Of a stretch of DNA of 64,000 bases, positions 55,027-64,000 are shown piece by piece. Source of the stretch: Octopus vulgaris (taxonomy: Eukaryota); the NCBI GenBank assembly GCA_951406725.2, contig OX597822.1:6944001-7008000 (forward strand). The letters run 5' to 3'. The position numbers and the translations under genes are program-made. How positions within the stretch are numbered: position 1 is the first letter of the stretch; each line of letters begins with the position of its first letter. Under the pieces are notes generated by a model. It had not been told where the DNA came from. It did not search any database and saw only the letters and a list, made by a program, of their open reading frames with translations.

Positions 55027-55083
<57 letters not shown>

Positions 55084-55085
55084 GT

Positions 55086-55115
<30 letters not shown>

Positions 55116-55118
<3 letters not shown>

Positions 55119-55480
55119 CTACATACATTGGAAGCTATGCCAACATTATGGAATAACAACAGAAAAAAGATGGTATAGGCACACACCAGAAAAGGTCACA
55201 GAAAACGAGAAAGCAACCATACTCTGGGATATGCCGATATACACAGATAGAGAAATTAAGGCCAACAGACCAGATATAGTTGTCAGAGATCATGAAGAAA
55301 AAAATGCTTTCTAATTGATGTATCAATACCGGCAGATGACAACGTGTCTCTAAAAGAAATGGAGAAACTCTCAAAATACAAAGACCTGGAAATAGAGGTA
55401 ACTAGAATGTGGAACCTGAAAACAGAAACAATTCCTATCATAGTAGGTGCATTAGGCATGATAAAAAAATATTCAGACAA
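55116..55480 (+). mobile_element. Internal fragment of the young R4/Dong-like LINE in (TAA)n
   Basis: Differs from the reverse complement of 44703-45068 at only about six positions. Confidence 0.93.
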
Positions 55481-55493
55481 CAACAACAACAAC

Positions 55494-55531
<38 letters not shown>

Positions 55532-55548
55532 CAACAACAACAACAACA

Positions 55549-55635
<87 letters not shown>

Positions 55636-55641
55636 GTGATG

Positions 55642-55690
<49 letters not shown>

Positions 55691-55794
55691 TGATGATGAT
55701 CATGATGATGATGATCATGATGACGACGACGACGAGGAGGAGGAGGAGTAGGAGGAGGGGAAGAGAAGGAGAAGAAGAAGAAGAAGAAGAAGAA

Positions 55795-55826
<32 letters not shown>

Positions 55827-55929
55827 AAAAGCAGAAGAAAAAGAAGAAGAAGAAGAAGAAGAAGAAGAAGAAGAAGAAGAAGAAGAAGAAGAAGAAGAAG
55901 AAGAAGAAGAAGAAGAAGAAGAAGAAGAA
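55480..55929. repeat. Compound microsatellite (CAA/TAA/GAT/GAG/GAA)n
   Basis: Seen directly. Confidence 0.97.
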
Positions 55930-58900
55930 TGCGAGTTGATTATTGAGGAATTTTTTTTTTTATGAAAGATGTTCCAACCGTAACTTTGTCCACTTATCTT
56001 CATAGATGCATCGTGTATTAATAGAGTTTTATTTAACGATATGTGTTACATTTTGTAGATTACCACTTTTATCATTTATAGTCTTTCAAACTGATGGTGT
56101 TAAATTTCAGAGGTAATAATTGATCCTACATTTCTTTGTTTTCCCTTTATCGTGACGGATCTTTTCCATTTTAGGAGCAAAGAGGTACATGCACAGGGTA
56201 AATACCCGTTAATAAGTACTGTATTTCTACTACCATCATATTAACTAACACAATTTTCGCTGTGTACTTATTTCATATCAAACAAAGGGACAGGGCTGTG
56301 GAACTTTCCATTCCATAGGAAGCATTTCAGGAAAGAATATGACAAAATTATGGAATTTTTACTGTTGATGTCATTGCAATTTGTTATTGAAATTATGTTA
56401 TTATGGTGCCATCTGCTGAAGAAGATCAATGACAGAAAATTAGCCGAAGATCATGAGAAATTTAGCTATAATATTGGTGTTCTTAGCTGAGATCAACATA
56501 TTGTTATTGCAAGTCATGTCTTCGATTATTGATCTTGGATATAAGGAACCTCTTTCACCAATATAACATCGTGATATTTTCACATCAAAGTACCTGGTAT
56601 TTTAAACAGACCCGATAAATACAATAATCTTCAATAAATTCAATTTCTTTTGTGTTGTTAACTTTTCTAGCAGCCCAAATGTTGAAGAAGATAGACCTAG
56701 CAAAATGACTTACAGGATTTAATTTCGTGCCTTTATGTTGTAGTATCAAATACTTCAGAATCAACTTTGATTTCCTTCTTCATAGGTCAATACAATAAGC
56801 AACAGTTAAGTACTTAGGTCGATTTAATCGAATGTTCCGTCCCCCACCAAAATACCAGTGTCATTGTATTCATATAACATATCAATATTTCTCGTTCCCC
56901 ATTTTATTGATATGTTTGATAATGTTTTTTTTTTTCATATGATGTTGTTAATGGTTTAGTTGATGTGATTGTAAATTATTGTTGATATTGATGTTGACGG
57001 AATAATTTGTACTACAGTTTTCTCACTGAATTAATGTTTATTTTCCATTGATTTCTGTTGCAGTCTGGTCAAAGCGTTTTATCAATTCTTTCTTTTGAAG
57101 TTTAGTGTCCAAATGTTACTGTTATATTTGGCTAAAACAGACAAATTTCTAGTGTTGAAACACAATATTACACTTGGTTGTGTACAGTATTATCCTCCGT
57201 ACTACATGCTGCTAAATTCATGTTCTGTCTCTAAGATCAGACAAAACTGCATTTATTGTTTCGAATTCAGCAGCGCCAATAATCTAGAAATACCAGATTG
57301 TAATAAATTAAGAATAAACTCTTCATATTATAAAGAGGTGCCTATATTACCGGGTACAATTCTTTTTATGTATATAGAATAATAAAAACATCGAGGAAGC
57401 CCAATGATTAGAGAAACAGAATTATGTTTATGTAATTTAATTTTCAACAAAAGTATAATTTTTCTGATGTTGTAACACATTCAATAGCTTGTTGACCCTA
57501 AGTTAATAATGCTAAAAGCAGTAAAATTATAATTCCTTTCAAATATTACTATAATTCATATTTTCAAATAATAGCCAAGGGACAGGCAAAATAAATAGCA
57601 GTTTTTCTTACCGTAGGTATTTTATATACCCATAGCAATAATAGTCCAGCTTTGATCAAACACGTTTCAGAGGAGATTATCAAATTAGTTTTTCATGTGA
57701 TATATCTATGTGGTGAAATGTGTCGTCCTGTTGCAATGATTTCTTTTCTATAGTTGAATGTTATTTGCAAGCAAATTGGCTGTTATTTTTACATGTGAAG
57801 CGATAATACTGAGGCATACTAAGGAAACAATTACCAGAATTATTTTTAAATATCTGCCAAATCTCATGTGAAGTCTGTATGATATATGAGCTGCTCCTTT
57901 CTTGAAACCTGATAAAATAAGCACTTTGTATATAGTAATATATTCTTGGGGTAATCAATCTTTGTTACAAATGTTTAACGAATGACTATAACAAACATCT
58001 TCATAGAGATTTAAACAACAACGAAATGTGTTTTATTATTACAACAACTTTCTTTCAAATACAAATACAGCAATATCATTTAGAACACACTGTTTCACAT
58101 GAAGGATCATACGAAACAGGCAGACATTACTTATATCTTTTCTCATTCTATAACTGTTTGCGGAGGCATTCGCGTTATACTGCTGTGAAGATTATAAAAT
58201 ATGTACCAGTGACATATAGGTGCAAATATCGCTTTTTCCGATTCCACCTAAGCGTGTTACGCTTCTAAGTCACTTGTATTCGGTTAATTAAAACTGATAG
58301 CTTTTTCCTGTGGCATTGAAAATTCTTGTGCTTAAGAAAAAAAATCAATATTAGTCGAACCAATATTTTACTGTAGAAATATTCTATCTTTCCATTCCAT
58401 CTTCTGAATAAACTTTTATACACGATCATTTTATTTAGTAGTATATTCATTCACAAAGTTAACTTTCCCTATCAGAAAGATGCAAATCTGCATAACAACA
58501 TCCATTTCTCTCATCATAATTACCATATTTTCCTGTGTATAACTGATATTTATGTATGAGCTGGAGGCAATCTTTAGTTCCACAAGAATTCCAACGTATT
58601 AATTTAGCTCTATAATCTGTAAACATGAATCAGAATGAGAGGCAGAAGAAACACACACATACAAATAATATGTGCGTGTGCATGCGTGTGTGTGTATATG
58701 TGTTTGTGTGTGTATACGTGTGTAGATGCGAAAAGAAAACAGATGAAAAACAAAAAAAAAATGTGCTTAGGATTATGTTCTGTACGTCTTGCTTGCTATA
58801 AATGTGTGAGAGATCTAAAGGTGATATCAACCATAACACATTGTGGGTATGTAATTGATACATATTAATATGTGCATGTATACAAATATTAAGGAATAGG

Positions 58901-59009
58901 TAGTAATTTATTTCAAGAAATAGTGCCCTAAACCTACAGATTTATAACGTGTGATAATTTATAGTGAATTCTTGTGCACCGTGTTGTAACGTATGATCTA
59001 TGTCAAGTC

Positions 59010-59066
<57 letters not shown>

Positions 59067-59190
59067 GGAGAAAAATAAATTGTGGTTATTATTAAGACTC
59101 GGAAACATTTGAAATTTTGAACATGATTTTAGGCTCCAGGTTTAAAATATACACGTACATACGTACATTTATATGTATATATATACCTAC

Positions 59191-59245
<55 letters not shown>

Positions 59246-59661
59246 AGAATGTGCGTGAATGTGCGTCTGTATGTATACACACACACAGTTATATATGTAT
59301 ATATATATATATACATATATACATATGTACATACACACGTATGTCTGTTGTATGTATGAGAATGTACGTATATGCAAATGCACTTAACAGAGGAATTAGT
59401 ATTTGCCTTTATGATGCTCTGGATCAGATTCTGTTAGAAGGTGACGACTGAGCAAAGATATAGAGGAGATAAAACACATCGAATAAAGAGGCATACTTTC
59501 ATTCAAGATGCAAGAATCATACTTCTGATTTAATACCCCACTAGTTACACATTTTCATCTGTCAGATGTACCCCAGTAACACTAAATGCATACAATGACT
59601 TAACAGATTAACTATCAATAGAATTAGTATTACGGCTTTTCGTTTAGATTAATTTATATTT

Positions 59662-59947
59662 AACAATTGCAGCGAGGAAGGTGTTTATATGCCATTTAGG
59701 AAACACACAAAATCCGTTAGATTCACTTCAACATTTAAATTTAATTTGCCAAAATATTTTCGTCGATTTGAGAGCGCGACCTGTTACTGACAAAATTCCG
59801 GGCTGCACAGAATTTTTTCAGTGAACAAGTCGCGGTCTCAAAGCGACGAAAATATTTTGACAAATTAAATTTAAATGTTGAAGTGAATGTAACGGTTTTT
59901 GTGTGTTTCTTAAATGGCATATAAACATCTTCCTCGCTGCAATTGTT
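59662..59947. repeat. Fold-back with ~137-bp arms and 11-nt loop (inverted PLE-type terminus)
   Basis: 59662-59798 pairs with 59810-59947. Loop is cgggctgcaca. Confidence 0.92.
59814..59864 (+). ncRNA. Minimal hammerhead with G3-C8 core (GUGAACA)
   Basis: tttttca-GTGAACA-a-gtcgc ggtctcaaa gcgac-GAAA ATAT TT-tgacaaa. The opposite arm has stem I tttgtca and core GTAACA. Confidence 0.65.
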
Positions 59948-60619
59948 TTCGTTCCAGCACACGATTTCAGATCAGGTCACTTGCTATGCAAGTACATCTC
60001 AGTAATTTATTTTTATAATTGCAAAATTGCTTTTTTTAAAAAAAAATGTCAGCGTTAGTATGGATTGTGATATTCTTCAAGAGAATACACATAACAGCAG
60101 AACTTCAGAATATAAACGGAAGATCAGTACTGATACAGAAACCCTTTCACAGATATATGCACTCGCATCTACATAAACGAAGACTATGATGAGTTAATAG
60201 CCAATGTTAGATTTAAAACAAAATGATAACAACGTATACACTTGGATATAATCTCCAGAAAACATGCTGTGGCATAAAATCAATTTTCTTCCTGGAAAAG
60301 TTTTCTGCTGTATCAGCTTTATAGTGTAAAACTATATTCAAATGCATTTCAGTTTAAGATAGCCCGTACTTTAACATTAAGTCTAAATTTTGCCGTTCAA
60401 TGTTTCGTTTTTTTTCTTGTTTAATACGGTGGTGGAGGCCAATTTATCTACGACTTGTTCCAAATAGAACGACAAAGAAAATGCTTCCTTACAGGTTCCT
60501 ACTCGTAGCTAGATTTATTCAGTCAACTGATATAACGCTGTCTCCTGCCCATGTGGGTACTTTTAGCAGAGATTCTTCAATTGCAAGTATTTCGAAGGTT
60601 TTGTAAAGCGTGATAGGTA

Positions 60620-60770
60620 TTGGTTTCCGTGAGGCATTCAACACTATTGTGCAAAATCTCCCTTTACTAAATAGAGATCCCAAAATGAACGACATCCTGA
60701 AAACACGCAAACTCATCAAGTGCAAAAAGCAACGCAAATCGCCAAAGAGACTGCTAATAAAACAGTTATC
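60620..60770 (+). mobile_element. PLE linker-region fragment
   Basis: EAFNTIVQNLPLLNRDPKMNDILKTRKLIKCKKQRKSPKRLL is homologous to 32482-32607. Confidence 0.8.
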
Positions 60771-60901
60771 TCTCTTGTCCACAACAATAATAATAATAAC
60801 AATAACCAGTTACCTTCTCTTCACTCGTAAATATCATCACACACAGCATGAACAAAAATTTCTTCTTCAGAAAATACATATTGAAATAAGTAAACCATAA
60901 T

Positions 60902-60932
60902 ATCATGAATAGCGAAAGCGAAACCGGTCGAT
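60902..60932 (+). ncRNA. Ultra-minimal hammerhead with A3-U8 core (AUGAAUA)
   Basis: atc-ATGAATA-gc gaaa gc-GAAA CCGG TC-gat, about 130 nt downstream of a PLE fragment on the same strand. Confidence 0.55.
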
Positions 60933-61654
60933 TTATTAAAAAGTATATTAAAAATATGTAAAGTGTGTCTATTTTCCTTTTTTAATTTCTTATATATATA
61001 TCCACACACATATATATAACACAATTAAACATTGCGTGTAATTCTATCTGTACTTTACAACATGGCAACTGTTACTAAGTGATACACAACTATGGAAGTC
61101 AGTAAATTTAATGAATTCAATAAATATGCCTGCATATCAGACGATGAATGTTTTTCAAACTGTCGATATGATTGTTGCATAAACGAACGTTTTCTCCTGC
61201 AGTAAAGCATTGAAACGTGATATCTAATGGATAAGTGAGAAAAGAGATTGCATAATATTCTTACATTCATAAATGAAAATAGAATATGAAATGTTTCTCA
61301 GTGGGAAGTTGTATTCTGCATCGACGCTACTCCTGTTGATTTATGCAAAATAACTTTACAAATGCGAGTTCTCTGTTCATCTGTTATGTTCAACGCAAGA
61401 GAAATATAGATTTGAGGAAGAGCAATGCAGTATAGTCATGTACGTGACTTTCTCAGGTGTGATATTGATGTGAGAGGAGAATATGTTTTCCGTATAGAAA
61501 TACAAATGGAGATCCTTCTTTTTTGGTTGTCTTCTGCGCACTTTATTTCAATTTATATTTCATAAAATCAATCATACACACCCTCTCTCCAGCCTGCTAA
61601 TATCAACAGGCACAGTGATACTAGTGCAGAAAAAACAACAGCAAGAGGAAGCGG

Positions 61655-61797
61655 CACCACCACCACCAACACTACTACTACTACTGGTGGTGGTGGTGGT
61701 GTTGATACTACTACTAATACTACTACTGGTGGTGGTGGTGTTGCTACTACTACTACTACTACTACTACTGGTGGTGGTGGTGGTGTTGCTACTACTG

Positions 61798-61835
<38 letters not shown>

Positions 61836-61860
61836 GGTGGTGGTGGTGTTGCTACTACTG

Positions 61861-61919
<59 letters not shown>

Positions 61920-61997
61920 GGTGGTGGTGGTGGTGTTGATACTACTACTACTACTACTGGTGGTGGTGGTGGTGTCGCTGCTGCTACTACTACTACA

Positions 61998-62048
<51 letters not shown>

Positions 62049-62078
62049 GCTACTGGTGGTGGTGATGCTACTACTACT
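61655..62078. repeat. Higher-order compound repeat [(CTA)n-CTG-(GTG)n-TTG]
   Basis: About seven iterations of alternating CTA and GGT blocks. Confidence 0.9.
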
Positions 62079-62326
62079 TGAAGTAGAAGAATGCGATATC
62101 TTGTTTTCGTGTTTGTCCGACCACAACGCCTTCAACCATCTATGACTAACGCTTCCAAAACTTTCCTCAATGTCCGTAGGTACTTATTCAAAGCTGAAAA
62201 ATTCGCTCAAATGATACTCATCATTTCCACCTTTAAATAGATTTGCTGCCAGCTAGCACTATTACCATACTGTAACTTTAACGAATAAAATGTCATTATG
62301 TTCATGAGATATGGCCAAAGAGAACC

Positions 62327-62503
62327 AAAAAGTAAATAAACTGTGTGTGTGTTTAATACTCAAGTTCAACGACGTATGTTTTATCACACGATTGTACACC
62401 AATCTAGTAAAACAAAGTTTTGCTAGATTGGTGTAGAATCGTGTGATAAAACAGATGTCATTGAACTTGAGTATTAAACACACGCGCAGTTTATTTATTT
62501 TTT
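62327..62503. repeat. Fold-back with ~87-bp arms and 3-nt loop
   Basis: ...acaccaatctagtaaaac AAA gttttgctagattggtgt... Confidence 0.9.
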
Positions 62504-62542
62504 ACTTTAGTTTTATTATTGTTTTTGTTGTTGTTATTATTA

Positions 62543-62573
<31 letters not shown>

Positions 62574-62626
62574 CATTATTATTATTATTATTATAACTAT
62601 TATTATTATTATTATTATTATTATTA

Positions 62627-62675
<49 letters not shown>

Positions 62676-62914
62676 CATTATTATTATTATTATTATTATC
62701 GTGTCCTTGTGAAGGCTCTTTCGTCACACAGCTTGTGACCTCTTCAACGAATCTCTACCCTGCGCGTTTCTTTCTACTCTACTTAGTCCCCCATGTTGTA
62801 TTTCTGGCAGAAAGATAAAATGGACTAAGCACAGCAAGAAAATTCTTTGAAGTGGTCACAGGATGTTAGATGAAAGAAACTAAAACAATAATAAAAATAT
62901 TAATAATAATAATG

Positions 62915-62974
<60 letters not shown>

Positions 62975-62975
<1 letters not shown>

Positions 62976-63262
62976 TACCAGGAAACCCCAAAATGGCAAA
63001 AATTCAAAAAATAGTGCTCATGGGAACTGCTCATATCCTACGCAAAATACTCTCTATGTAATCCCAAGGTTTAAAACAAGCTTTTTTTAATTTTTTAATT
63101 CATTTATTTTTTATTTTTTTATTTTTATGTATTAGACATTCACTAGTACAACCGCCCCCCCCCCCAATATATGGCACAGAACTTCCAACCTGTTGTCTCT
63201 TGAGGTCTCTGGGTGAGACTTGGAGCCAACCTGTACAGATATAAAGCAAAAGTCAAACATAG
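62975..63262 (+). mobile_element. R4/Dong-like LINE extreme 3' end in (TAA)n
   Basis: IPGNPKMAKIQKIVLMGTAHILRKILSM* plus 3' UTR. (TAA)n on both sides. Confidence 0.85.
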
Positions 63263-64000
63263 AATAATAATAATAATAAAACTGAAGCGAAGAACAAATG
63301 TATAGTGATAGTGTTTAATTGATAAAGTTAAAAATGACCTTCCTCAAGTATCATAAGAGAAGCAAAAATATTCTATTTTAAATCATGTGCCCCTGACAAT
63401 CAATTTTGCTTCAGCCATTAGGATAGAAATGCTATTTACACTAAGTTGCGAAAAGAAGGCTTATTTGGGCGAATTTTCAGGAATGTATTGATAACCAAGT
63501 CATTGGTAAAAATAAAACAGGAATCGATATTACACAAACAGAATGGTAATTTGAGTTATTTTCAGAGGACTATGATCTGCGGAGGAATGACAGGAAACGG
63601 TTTATTAAACAATGCGTAACGCGAAAATTTGTCAAAGGCGATAATGTTTCGAAAACTAAACTTCTGAAATTTGTAGGATTTGACAAATTCCCTAAGTTCT
63701 GGTTAAGTTATTCACATGGACACATAACGTTCTGTTATATACGTTTAGCAACCTTATAGAAAAACCGAAGAGAGCTGCCAGCCGGCACACTGGTGGAAAA
63801 GATTTATGATTATTCTTAATATCAAGGATTGACCCAATTTTAATATCCATATCTTACGAGAACAGTTGGACGTTGTTTTCTACGTGAAATTGCTAGGAAT
63901 ACTAAATAAGGTACAAGTAGTAATTCAAATATGCATTAAACAAGATGCGAGTAAATGGCAGACGATCCAGGAGATAGAGTAGCAGCAGAGAGAATAATAA

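Overview
This is AT-rich, microsatellite-dense eukaryotic DNA with no intact host gene that I can support. The SINE families and repeat make-up resemble an octopus/coleoid cephalopod genome (inference from recalled repeat families, not a search). Nearly all interpretable sequence is transposon-derived. It includes Penelope-like elements (PLEs), one with an uninterrupted RT + GIY-YIG frame (24130-26211), and R4/Dong-like REL-endonuclease LINEs that sit in (TAA)n tracts. It also holds decayed L1/Tx1 and HERO/NeSL-like LINEs, a Helitron helicase remnant, a complete-looking non-autonomous Helitron, hAT (Buster/Charlie) and Tc1/mariner remnants, three tRNA-derived SINE families and a 2.45-kb (TATG)n array. 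The strongest signals are: (1) about nine minimal type-I hammerhead ribozyme motifs, mostly at PLE-type termini, whose core positions 3 and 8 co-vary (C-G, G-C, A-U, plus a U-G wobble); (2) several fold-back structures, including a 3-kb non-coding element with ~1-kb inverted arms, each carrying a canonical hammerhead; (3) local templated insertions with junction microhomologies; (4) separation of elements by microsatellite target, (TAA)n versus (TA)n. Coordinates were counted by eye and may be off by a few bases. Ribozyme activity is untested.
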